A DNA stretch of 38,995 bases from Promethearchaeota archaeon (GTDB lineage: Archaea; Asgardarchaeota; Lokiarchaeia; Sigyniarchaeales; SOKP01). The translations under genes and the position numbers were made by a program. Under the pieces are notes generated by a model. The model had not been told where the DNA came from. It saw only the letters and a program-made list of their open reading frames with translations, and did not search any database. This document shows positions 19,078 through 28,484 of the stretch, piece by piece. Position 1 is the first letter of the stretch; every line of letters begins with the position of its first letter. The stretch is from contig RDOE01000028.1 of NCBI GenBank assembly GCA_011364975.1, positions 1 through 38,995 on the forward strand. Direction: 5' to 3'.

Positions 19078-19751
19078 TCAGCCTAAGAAAAAAATTGAAA
19101 TCAAAATTGTTATGAGAAAGGCAAATATCATCTGAACAATATTTTTTATAATAGACTCTCGAGAAACTAGTCCTAAGAATGTCCCTAGCATTATTATGAA
19201 CATTAAAACTATAATAAATGAACTAATGAATATAAGAAGGTTAGCAGAGGATACAAATAAAAATGGAATTAAAGGAACAATTCCTCCTAAAAAAGGAGAC
19301 CCTCCATTAACTATAGCGACAATAATAGTTGCATATCGCTCTGCTCTACACTCAAATTCTTTTTGCGTAACATTCTTCTTCTATTTACATTCATTAGCAT
19401 CGATTTCTCAATTTCTTCTACATAAGAAATCGCAACTTGCTTATTATTCTCGGTTTCATTTAGAGCCATAGCTTTATCTAATGCAATTTTCAGCTTTTTT
19501 TGTTCAGCCCTTTCCGATAAATATGAACCGGTTAATCCAGATATAAACATAGAAATAGAAGAGCCTAAGCTTGTCAAAATCACTAAATTGCTTTCTATTG
19601 AATTAATACTTCCTTTTAGAAGGATAACGAAGAAGCCTAATAAGATACCAAGAACCGTAAGCATGCCATCATAAAAATTATTTATGAAATATCGACGAGC
19701 AATAGCCCATAATCCGGTTATCCTAGCATATGTTTTGAGCTTGTCTAACAT
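19078..19751 (-). pseudogene. VIT1/CCC1-like (TIGR00267-type) membrane protein, frameshifted near 19340-19380
   Basis: N part: IARRYFINNFYDG, GSYLSERAE. C part in the -1 frame: AERYATIIVAIVNGGSPFLGGIVPLIPF...IFFLG, stop at 19078-19080; matches the C half of the adjacent paralog. Confidence 0.75.
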
Positions 19752-19861
19752 TTTTAATATTTATCTTTCTAATATATAGTAATATAAAATAGGATTAAAT
19801 CCCATCTGTAAATCTAACTTATATATCTTCTACATACTCAACATTGATTATTTTTACGAAT

Positions 19862-20644
19862 TTATAGAGTCCCTGTAGCTAAACTTAATAGTAAAGATAT
19901 AACAAGTGTCACCACACCAGCGGTAACCAAATGTAACGAATACTTTATTCGACCTTGTCCTGAAATATTTCCCAAGAATATGCCTAGATAAACTAATAAT
20001 CCCACAAGAACAATATAAGAGAAAATAAAGTGAAAAATGCCTAATTCTGTGCCAAAAAAGAAAGGAATCAAAGGTAAAATGGATCCTAATGCGGGAGCTC
20101 CCCCATCAACTAAAGAAGCAACAATAGTCGCAAACTTTTCAGCTTGTTCGATCATAGTCTTATTATTTTTGGTTTTTTTTGGACTGGCTTTAATTGGAAT
20201 TAAAATATTCCTTTTACGTCCTGAATCTTCAGATTTAACGGGAATAACCATTGCTTTTTCAATTTCCTTACCTTCCATGATTTTTTTTGCTATTTCGAGT
20301 TTTTCCTTTTCTAACTCATCATTATTTTCGCCGCGTTCAAGAATTACCATTTCACGTTTGAGGTCATATACTTTCTTTTTTCTTTCGGCTTCTTCGGAGA
20401 GAAATGCACCCCATAGCCCACTAATTCCTATAGCTAATGCAGTAGAAAATCCTAAAATAACGATGGTAGAAGGGGAGTTTGCACCACTTCCAAATAAAAA
20501 TAAAACAAAAGCACCACTAACAATACCTGCACAGGTTAATGCGCCATCAAAACAATTATTAAAAAACTTTCTACGAGCGATAACTCCCAGATCAGCCATT
20601 TCTGAGTAAGTCCGCCATTTTTTAATTGAAGATTTTAATCCCAT
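19862..20644 (-). CDS. VIT1/CCC1-like (TIGR00267-type) membrane transporter
   Basis: IARRKFFNNCFDG, GAFLSEEAE, LGSILPLIPF; five hydrophobic segments. Confidence 0.8.
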   Translation of the reverse strand: MGLKSSIKKWRTYSEMADLGVIARRKFFNNCFDGALTCAGIVSGAFVLFLFGSGANSPSTIVILGFSTALAIGISGLWGAFLSEEAERKKKVYDLKREMVILERGENNDELEKEKLEIAKKIMEGKEIEKAMVIPVKSEDSGRKRNILIPIKASPKKTKNNKTMIEQAEKFATIVASLVDGGAPALGSILPLIPFFFGTELGIFHFIFSYIVLVGLLVYLGIFLGNISGQGRIKYSLHLVTAGVVTLVISLLLSLATGTL

Positions 20645-20875
20645 TTTGTTTAATATACACCTTTAATCCCAAGAATTATTAGGGTTTAATTTATAAGCCG
20701 AAAGGGGGAAATTAAAATATAAAGATAAAAAGTCCAAATTATCGTTCATTATTATAATAATAGTAAAATTTAGCAGTTTTTAATATTTTTGAATTAAAAT
20801 TCTTTAAAAACGATGATTTTTATTTGTCTAATCATATATTTATCTTAAAGTATTAAAATTTTAGTGAATTTCAAA

Positions 20876-21523
20876 ATGGCATCCAATAGAAAAACAAAAG
20901 AAGAGATAATTTCACTACTTATAGAGCATTCTAGGATTATCTATTCAGTTATTAGTGATATGGGCGTATATTACTCCACTTGGTCAGATAATTTTGAATT
21001 AAACCAAGATGATTTAGAAAAAAAGAAAAATAAAATGCAATTATCAGAAGAGGAAGCTGATGAGATCAAAATTAGATTGATTCAAGATTTTTCAGATACA
21101 GGTGCTTCAGGGCTTGGAAATTTTATTAACTTGGTGTTGAGAATGGATAATGTTATCAATTATCCCCTTGAATTTGTTGAAATGTTACCAAAAATCAAGC
21201 TTGATCCAAAAATCTTTCAAGAGATAAAACCTCATTACCATAAATTAATAAATCAAATTCTTGAAATGGCTGATGCATTAAAAACGGTTCTAAAATATTT
21301 TAGAGATACTCCAAAAAAAGTATTTGATATGACAACAAAAATTCATGAATATGAAAATTATATTGATACACTTTATCGGCAATTCTTGGAATTCTTGTAT
21401 TCGAATGAGAAAATTGATTTACGAAATTTACTACGAATTAGAGATAGTATAGTTTTATTAGAACAATTAGCAGATCGAATACACGATATTGCGGATGTAA
21501 TGCGAGTTTTGTTATACCAATAG
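20876..21523 (+). CDS. DUF47 / PhoU-like protein
   Basis: Two repeats of E..AD/E..ID and D..... motifs (EEEADEIK, ENYIDTLYR, LEQLADRIHDIAD). Confidence 0.8.
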   Translation: MASNRKTKEEIISLLIEHSRIIYSVISDMGVYYSTWSDNFELNQDDLEKKKNKMQLSEEEADEIKIRLIQDFSDTGASGLGNFINLVLRMDNVINYPLEFVEMLPKIKLDPKIFQEIKPHYHKLINQILEMADALKTVLKYFRDTPKKVFDMTTKIHEYENYIDTLYRQFLEFLYSNEKIDLRNLLRIRDSIVLLEQLADRIHDIADVMRVLLYQ

Positions 21524-21750
21524 TCTAATTTAAATTTCGGTTTTATAGAACTCTGAAAAAATTCAATAAAAATTTTATACAATTTCCCTAATTTTTTAGA
21601 ATCTATTTTGAAGCTGATTTAACTGTATGATTTTAAAACATTTATAGTGGAAAAAAAAAGGGCGTTTTTAATTTAAAAAAGTAAAATTTTTACGCATTAA
21701 ATTCTTTTGGAATTGTAATATAATTCAAATAAAAAATTTTAGATATTGAA

Positions 21751-22122
21751 GTGGATAAAATGAACGGAAAAAGAAAATTTTACCTCTTGATAGCAATTTA
21801 TCAAGTTTTGCTGGTATTTGTTGTCTTTTTTTCTGTAAATGGAATAATTACTTTTACCGTTGCTCAAACACCAAGTAATCTCGAATATTACCAATCTGCA
21901 ACTGCGGGAATGCTAGGTTTATCTGCAGCCATAGCAGTAGGAGCGGCAGTATTAGGAAGTGGAATGGCCATTAAGACAGTAGGTACTTCAGCAATTGCTG
22001 CTTTGACAGAAAGGGAGGAATCATTCTTTAAAGCATTCTTGGTAGTAGCATTAGGAGAAGCATTAGCAGTATATGGTTTGATAATTGCGATTCTTCTATG
22101 GACAAAAATACCCACACCCTAG
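21751..22122 (+). CDS. atpK: A/V-type ATPase proteolipid subunit c (K)
   Basis: Gly/Ala-rich hairpin with VALGEALAVYGLI carrier glutamate and an extra N-terminal hydrophobic segment; the start may be ATG at 21760. Confidence 0.9.
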   Translation: MDKMNGKRKFYLLIAIYQVLLVFVVFFSVNGIITFTVAQTPSNLEYYQSATAGMLGLSAAIAVGAAVLGSGMAIKTVGTSAIAALTEREESFFKAFLVVALGEALAVYGLIIAILLWTKIPTP

Positions 22123-22165
22123 ATTGCTCTTAAAAAAAAATCTTAAGATAGAGAGGGGATTTTAT

Positions 22166-23224
22166 ACGAGTGTCCCAGTTTCAGCATATGAATATACCTT
22201 TATACGAATAGGATTTCTTAAACAGTTGATAATGGATGATTTAACATTAAAAGAGTTCGACAATCTAACAGATATGGAAGATTTGATTAATTTCATATTG
22301 CCTTATTATCCTAACTTTAAAATCAGAGAAAATAAAATTGAAGAAATAGAAAAAGCATTGTATGATGTTTTTTTCAGGTTAATAGGGAAACTAATTAATG
22401 TATCTCCTATGAAATTGAGACTTTTTTTAAAAGATTATTTGTTAAAATATGAAATTATGAATATTAAACAAATTATTTTAAGTGTAATATTGGGAATGAC
22501 AATTGAAGAAAAAGCGAGGAATATTAATATGTTGATTGAAAAATACCTAGAGAACACAGAGTTTATCAATAAATTAATTGAGACTCCTTCCTTAGAAAGA
22601 ATTCAATTAGTTATGAAAGCTACAAGATATAATAAAGCTGTAAGGGAGGGTATACTTTATTTTAATAGTAATAATGAAATTTTTGTATTGGAAGCATTTT
22701 TAGACCAATTATATTATATAAACTTGTTGCAAAGAGAACATATATATGCTCATAAAGAAAAAGAAATGATCTCTCTGTTTAATTCACTTATCACAGAATT
22801 ATATAACATAAATATAATTTATAGAGGGATAATAAATAATATTGATGAAAAATTATTAAGCCAATTCCTTGTTGAGAATTATTTATTTTTTGATATAAAT
22901 AAATTAGATTTCTTAATTCATCAAAAAAACCTAAATGATTTTTTTATTGCACTCGATTACGAATTACATAAAATTACAAAATTGAATTATAATATATCCC
23001 TAAAAGATATTGAACATCCTATTTGGGAACTCAACAAGATTTATATCAATTATTACTTTAAAAAGTTCAAAATTAAAATGGATGATATAGAATATTTAAC
23101 AATATACAGAATTATAGAATTAATTATAAAAAAAGAAAAAGAAATTAATATAATGATATTACCAAAAGTAGTAGATTTACTTCACAAGAAGTTTAATAAA
23201 TTAAAGATTGTAGACAATAAATGA
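22166..23224 (+). CDS. atpC: A/V-type ATPase subunit C
   Basis: AYEYTFIRIGFLK N-terminus, YEIMNIKQII, LEAFLDQLYY, ELYNINIIYRG; size and operon context. Start uncertain (ACG 22166 proposed; ORF track gives TTG 22085). Confidence 0.8.
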   Translation, partial: TSVPVSAYEYTFIRIGFLKQLIMDDLTLKEFDNLTDMEDLINFILPYYPNFKIRENKIEEIEKALYDVFFRLIGKLINVSPMKLRLFLKDYLLKYEIMNIKQIILSVILGMTIEEKARNINMLIEKYLENTEFINKLIETPSLERIQLVMKATRYNKAVREGILYFNSNNEIFVLEAFLDQLYYINLLQREHIYAHKEKEMISLFNSLITELYNINIIYRGIINNIDEKLLSQFLVENYLFFDINKLDFLIHQKNLNDFFIALDYELHKITKLNYNISLKDIEHPIWELNKIYINYYFKKFKIKMDDIEYLTIYRIIELIIKKEKEINIMILPKVVDLLHKKFNKLKIVDNK

Positions 23225-23231
23225 TAATAGG

Positions 23232-23552
23232 GTGAGTTATATGGAACTTTTCAAATGGTTAATAGATATTGAGGAGAAGTATGAAGCACTAATAGAGGAA
23301 GCAAAAACTGAGAGTGAACAGCAAATATCCTTATTAAAGACCGAAAAAGATGGAGAGATGGAGGACCTTATTAAAATTAAAAAGGACTTTGTGGATTCGG
23401 TTTTAAATAATTTAATGACAGATTTAAAAGAGCAAATTTCAAAGTTTAAGGACACTTGTAATAACGAGATTGAAACACTAAAAGGTACCTATTTAGCTAA
23501 TCGAGATAATTTAGTTCAAATAATACTAAAAAAACTAGGATATGATTTCTAA
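23232..23552 (+). CDS. Probable A/V-type ATPase subunit H/G (peripheral stalk)
   Basis: 106-aa charged helical protein (IEEKYEALIEEAK) inside the operon. Confidence 0.65.
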   Translation: MSYMELFKWLIDIEEKYEALIEEAKTESEQQISLLKTEKDGEMEDLIKIKKDFVDSVLNNLMTDLKEQISKFKDTCNNEIETLKGTYLANRDNLVQIILKKLGYDF

Positions 23553-23872
23553 TGGTTGAACAAAGAATTTTTGCATTAGGTGATGATGAGACTGTAACTA
23601 TGCTTGGCCTTATTGGAATAGATGGAATCACCTTAGAAGATACTGGAGATTTTTTGAAAGAGTTCAATAAATTAACTAATGATCAATCTATTAGCATGAT
23701 TATAATAGTAATCGATTTACCTAATGATATTATTGATTATTTAATTGATTATAAATTGAATAAGAGAAGACCATTCATTTTTTATATGCCAGATATTTTT
23801 AATTTACAAGAAGATTCTAAAGAATATATTTTAAATAGAGTATATGGTGCGATTAATAAGCTAGTTACTTAA
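23552..23872 (+). CDS. atpF: A/V-type ATPase subunit F
   Basis: IFALGDDETVTMLGLIGI N-terminal motif; 106 aa. Confidence 0.85.
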   Translation: MVEQRIFALGDDETVTMLGLIGIDGITLEDTGDFLKEFNKLTNDQSISMIIIVIDLPNDIIDYLIDYKLNKRRPFIFYMPDIFNLQEDSKEYILNRVYGAINKLVT

Positions 23873-23887
23873 ACATGAGGGATTTGT

Positions 23888-24610
23888 ATGATAGAAGAAA
23901 AAGAATTAAAACGAAACACTGGAAAATTAGGATTATATATGATTGAAAATGCACAACAAGAAATCAAAAATATTCAGCGAAAAACGTTATTTCAGAAAGC
24001 TGAAATCAGAAAAGAATACGAGGAGAGAATCTTTAAGTCATCTCAAAGGATTAGAGATGATTTTTTTTCTAAATACAACGAAATTTTGAATAAATCTTTA
24101 GCTAACTCCCTTATAGAATCTAAAGATCAGATTTTAAAATTAAAAAATGACATGATAAAAGATTTAAAATCATATCTACAAAAAGGGATTGGGGAAATAA
24201 TTAATCAAAGGTATAATAATTATATAGAATTTATTATCAATCTTTTAAAAAGTATTAAATCTTCCATAGATTATCAAGGAGATATACTTATTCTTTTTAA
24301 TTCAACCGATTATGAATACTTCTCCAAGAATTTCTCAAAAATTAAAGATATTTTTAAAACCCATCTAATTATTGATAAAAGTCCTGAAGAACACATCGGT
24401 GGCTTTATAATTTCCTTAATTGATGCTAAGATGATATTTGACAATACCATCGATTCATTAATTACAAAAAATTTCGCAGAGATAGAAATCGAATTCTCTA
24501 AAATTATATCCGACATTAATTATCAAAATTTAAGTGCTCAATTTGAAGAATCTATTAAAAATGAGAAAAAAAGTATAGAAAAATACTTGAGAAAATATGA
24601 TAGCCTCTAA
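23888..24610 (+). CDS. atpE: A/V-type ATPase subunit E
   Basis: N-terminal coiled coil; IGGFII...IFDNTIDS motif. Confidence 0.8.
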   Translation: MIEEKELKRNTGKLGLYMIENAQQEIKNIQRKTLFQKAEIRKEYEERIFKSSQRIRDDFFSKYNEILNKSLANSLIESKDQILKLKNDMIKDLKSYLQKGIGEIINQRYNNYIEFIINLLKSIKSSIDYQGDILILFNSTDYEYFSKNFSKIKDIFKTHLIIDKSPEEHIGGFIISLIDAKMIFDNTIDSLITKNFAEIEIEFSKIISDINYQNLSAQFEESIKNEKKSIEKYLRKYDSL

Positions 24611-26432
24611 TGAACAAGATTCTGGATATATCTCAGCAATTAATGGTTCTCTGATTGAAATTAAGGGATTAGAACATGAAATTCGTCTTCATGATCTAGT
24701 TAAGATTTCAAATATTAATGTACTAGGAGAAGCAATTCAGATTTATTCAGATAAAGTTATAGTCCAATGTTTTGAAGATACAAGTAATTTAATTTTGAAT
24801 GAAAAAGTTGTAAATTTAAGTGAACCATTATCTATGGAATTGGGACCAGGTTTATTATCAAGCATATTTGATGGAATCCAGAGACCTCTAAAAACGCTTT
24901 ATTCTGAATTTAATGATACTGCTTTTTTAAAAAGAGGTATAGATTTGCCTTCTCTTCCAAGAGAAAAAGAGTGGCCATTTATCCCACTAAAGAAAGAGAA
25001 TTCTCAAGTAGTGAGTGGTGATATTATAGGAGTAGTGCAAGAAACACCTTTAATAAAGCACTATATTATGGTACCTCCAGGAATATCTGGAACTTTAAGT
25101 TCAATAGCTAAAAAAGGCGATTATTCGATAACTGATGACCTATATCAAATAAAGATTCAAGGGAAGGAAAAATCTTTTAATATGATACAAAAATGGCCAG
25201 TTACTAAAAGTAGACCATTTTTTAAAAAATTAAGTCCAAATGAACCATTAATTACTGGTACACGAGTGATAGATTTATTATTCCCTATTGCTAAAGGGGG
25301 AACTGTAGCTGTTCCGGGAGGATTTGGGACGGGTAAGACAGTAATTCAGCAAACATTAGCAAAATGGTGCGATGCTAATGTGATTGTATTCGTTGGTTGC
25401 GGTGAACGAGGAAATGAAATTGCAGATAGTCTTAAAGAATTTTCAAAACTAACTGACCCGCGTACTGGACGTCCATTATTAGAACGTGTTGTTATAATAG
25501 CAAATACATCAAATATGCCTGTTTCTGCACGAGAAGCGAGTATTTTTTCAGGTATAACTATTGCTGAATATTATAGAGACATGGGATATGATGTTGCTCT
25601 AATGGCAGACAGTACTTCTAGGTGGGCTGAATCATTAAGGGAAATTTCAGGTTTACTAGAGGAAATGCCTGCAGAGGAGGGGTATCCTGCATATTTGCCC
25701 TCTAAATTATCCAGTTTTTATGAACGCGCTGGAATCGTTAAAGTTTTAGGGGAAGAAGGGGTTAGAACAAAAGATGTCGGTTCATTAACTATTATAGGCT
25801 CAGTATCCCCTCCTTCAGGAGATTTTAGTGAACCAGTTACTGCTACAACAAAACGATTTGTCCAAGCATTTTGGGCATTAGATGCAAGGCTTGCTTATGC
25901 TAAGCATTACCCTGCGCTTAATTGGCTTGATTCATATTCAAATTATCCAGAATATATATCAAGATGGTGGAATAAACGTGACATTAATTGGTCTGAAATT
26001 GATATAGATTGGATAAACACACGTAAATGGTTAAATGAAATACTTTCAGAGGAAAACAATCTACGAAATATAACCCAATTGATAGGAGAAGAGAACTTGC
26101 CAGAAGATCAACGATTAATTTTATTTTGTGCTAAATTAATCAAGGAAGGCTTTTTGATTCAAAACGCTTTTGATCCAATTGATAATTATACTGATGCTAA
26201 AAAATTAATGGGAATTATAAAAATAATTCTCCTATTGTACCAAAAAGCAAAAATTCTGCTGGGACAAGGTGTTATAATCGAAGAGATAAAAGATCTAAAC
26301 TTAATAAATGACATTTTAAGAATGGCCAGTACCATTCCGAATGAAGATTTTGAAAAAATAACAGAATTAAAAGAACGATTATTGAAGGAACTTGAAAAAT
26401 TGAAATTATCTTATAGTAGAGTTGAATATTAA
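24597..26432 (+). CDS. atpA: A/V-type ATPase catalytic subunit A
   Basis: GGFGTGKT, GCGERGNE, ANTSNMPV, ADSTSRWAE, EMPAEEGYPAYL. Confidence 0.97.
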   Translation: MIASNEQDSGYISAINGSLIEIKGLEHEIRLHDLVKISNINVLGEAIQIYSDKVIVQCFEDTSNLILNEKVVNLSEPLSMELGPGLLSSIFDGIQRPLKTLYSEFNDTAFLKRGIDLPSLPREKEWPFIPLKKENSQVVSGDIIGVVQETPLIKHYIMVPPGISGTLSSIAKKGDYSITDDLYQIKIQGKEKSFNMIQKWPVTKSRPFFKKLSPNEPLITGTRVIDLLFPIAKGGTVAVPGGFGTGKTVIQQTLAKWCDANVIVFVGCGERGNEIADSLKEFSKLTDPRTGRPLLERVVIIANTSNMPVSAREASIFSGITIAEYYRDMGYDVALMADSTSRWAESLREISGLLEEMPAEEGYPAYLPSKLSSFYERAGIVKVLGEEGVRTKDVGSLTIIGSVSPPSGDFSEPVTATTKRFVQAFWALDARLAYAKHYPALNWLDSYSNYPEYISRWWNKRDINWSEIDIDWINTRKWLNEILSEENNLRNITQLIGEENLPEDQRLILFCAKLIKEGFLIQNAFDPIDNYTDAKKLMGIIKIILLLYQKAKILLGQGVIIEEIKDLNLINDILRMASTIPNEDFEKITELKERLLKELEKLKLSYSRVEY

Positions 26433-27817
26433 TGAGTGTAAGTTATAAAAATATAAAAAAATTAATAGGTCCATTATTATTCATAGAGAATAATCATGAA
26501 GCTAAGTATGGCGAAATTGTAGAAATTAAAACTATTAATCAACCTAATAGACTTGGTCAAGTAGTTAAATTAAGTGAAGATATAATAGTAGTTGAAGTTT
26601 TTGAAGATACTAAGGGAATGTCCTCTGATAACTCAGAAGTGAGATTTACTGGATCGCCCTTTAAAGTTAAAATTTCTAAAGATATGTTAGGAGGAGTTTT
26701 TAATTCATTAGGAAAACCTATAGATATTTATACAAAAAAAGTTCTAAATTCTGATATATTGACGGATGTTGAAAAAGATATTAATGGTTCTCCAATTAAT
26801 CCTTTCGCACGCCAATATCCTTCACAGGTTATACAAACAGGAATTTCTACTATTGATGGATTATTTACCTTAATAAGGGGTCAAAAACTTCCAATATTTA
26901 GTGGTCAAGGTTTAACACATAATAAACTTGCTGCTCAAATAGTCTCTCAAGCTAAGGTTCTTACAGAAGAACCTTTCTTAGTGATTTTTTGCGGGATTGG
27001 TATAATTCAAGATGAAGCAATATTTTTCATGGATCAGTTTCAAAAAAGTGGAAATATACAAAATATAATTTCCTTCATCAATTTTGCAGATGATCCAGTA
27101 CTTGAAAGATTAATTATCCCGAAAGTTGCTTTAACAACCGCAGAATATTTTGCTTTTGAGAAGGAAATGCATGTTTTAGTAATATTAATTGATATGTCTA
27201 ATTACGCTGAAGCATTAAGGGAATTAAGTTCAGCTAAAGAAGAAATCCCGAGTAGAAAAGGTTATCCTGGATATTTATATTCAAATTTTGCATCAATCTA
27301 TGAAAGGACCGGTGTAATTAAAGAAAAAAAAGGTTCCATTACACAAATACCCATATTAACTATGCCAAATGATGATTTATCTCATCCAATCCCAGATACC
27401 ACTGGTTATATAACTGAAGGTCAGTTGGTGTTAAATAGGAACATCCACAAAAAAGGTATTTATCCTCCATTTGATGTTTTAGCTTCAATTTCAAGATTAA
27501 TGAAGGATTCAATTGGTAAGAATACTACTAGAGAAGATCACTCCGATATCAGTTCACAATTGTTAGCCTCTTATTCAAATGCATTAGAAACCAGAGATTT
27601 GATATCAGTTGTTGGAGAGGATAGCTTGAATTTAGATCAAAAAGCTTTATTGAAGTTTGGAGAAGGTTTTGAAAATAAGTTCATAAATCAGGATTTTACT
27701 GAAAATAGAGATTTTAACAATACATTTTCAATTGGATGGAATATTTTAGCAAATTTACCTAAAAATCAATTAATTAGGATTCATCAAGAGTATATTAATA
27801 AATATTATCCAAAATAG
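26432..27817 (+). CDS. atpB: A/V-type ATPase subunit B
   Basis: RGQKLPIFS, YAEALRE, GYPGYLY, HPIPDTTGYITEGQ, SISRLM arginine finger. Confidence 0.95.
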   Translation: MSVSYKNIKKLIGPLLFIENNHEAKYGEIVEIKTINQPNRLGQVVKLSEDIIVVEVFEDTKGMSSDNSEVRFTGSPFKVKISKDMLGGVFNSLGKPIDIYTKKVLNSDILTDVEKDINGSPINPFARQYPSQVIQTGISTIDGLFTLIRGQKLPIFSGQGLTHNKLAAQIVSQAKVLTEEPFLVIFCGIGIIQDEAIFFMDQFQKSGNIQNIISFINFADDPVLERLIIPKVALTTAEYFAFEKEMHVLVILIDMSNYAEALRELSSAKEEIPSRKGYPGYLYSNFASIYERTGVIKEKKGSITQIPILTMPNDDLSHPIPDTTGYITEGQLVLNRNIHKKGIYPPFDVLASISRLMKDSIGKNTTREDHSDISSQLLASYSNALETRDLISVVGEDSLNLDQKALLKFGEGFENKFINQDFTENRDFNNTFSIGWNILANLPKNQLIRIHQEYINKYYPK

Positions 27818-27828
27818 GTGGAAGAAAA

Positions 27829-28458
27829 ATAAGTTTTAGAAAATTACAACCAACAAAAACAAACTTAATCAATATTTCAAAAAAGTTGAATTTTGTAACC
27901 AAGGGAGAAAGTTTTTTAGAATATAAACAGGAGCAATTAATTCAACAAATCAAGGTTTTCTGGCCTATTTATAAAGCATCACAAAAGAAGTTTTTTAGTC
28001 TATACTTTGAAGCTTTATTAAAACTCAATGAATCTTATAAAGAAATGGGGAAGAGAGAGATACTGTTGATAAATAAAATCAGTAGAATTCAATTCACACC
28101 TGTAATAGATATAAAATATAAAAAAAAAATTGGGGTATTATTACCGGATATAAATTATGTTTTAAAGCAAGAAAAGAATTTACCTCCATACTCTTTTGAA
28201 AAAACAAGCCACCATCTTGATGAATTATTAAATATCTTAAAGGAGTTTTTCAATCAGATTTTAATCTATGCTCAAAATGAAGATGCATTATTAAAATTAC
28301 TTTTTAATTTTAAAAAGATATCACGCAGAATAAACGGATTAAAAAATGTGATTAGACCACAGTTGGAGAGAGACATTAAAACCATAAAAGATATTCTAGA
28401 AGAATCAGAAAGAGAAAATTTTGTAAGGTTAAAAAAAACTAAAGCTTTAATAAAATAA
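27829..28458 (+). CDS. atpD: A/V-type ATPase subunit D
   Basis: QPTKTNL...KG..FLEYK (upstream of the ORF-track start), RRINGLKNVIRP, LEESERENFVRLKKTK. Start proposed at ATA 27829. Confidence 0.9.
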   Translation: MSFRKLQPTKTNLINISKKLNFVTKGESFLEYKQEQLIQQIKVFWPIYKASQKKFFSLYFEALLKLNESYKEMGKREILLINKISRIQFTPVIDIKYKKKIGVLLPDINYVLKQEKNLPPYSFEKTSHHLDELLNILKEFFNQILIYAQNEDALLKLLFNFKKISRRINGLKNVIRPQLERDIKTIKDILEESERENFVRLKKTKALIK

Positions 28459-28484
28459 TTAAACATTGTTTAAGGTTATGTAAG

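Noticed and set aside
19338-19375. BHB-like pairing UGUU:AGCA at the VIT1 frameshift
   Set aside because: Excision would remove 27 nt and not correct the frame; the intron stem is poor.
20037-20609. 190-aa plus-strand ORF, and similar short antisense ORFs (2294, 9549, 11095, 17237, 17511, 18489-18858, 19196, 21888, 31813, 34762, 37838)
   Set aside because: Shadow ORFs opposite well-supported genes, with no independent motifs.
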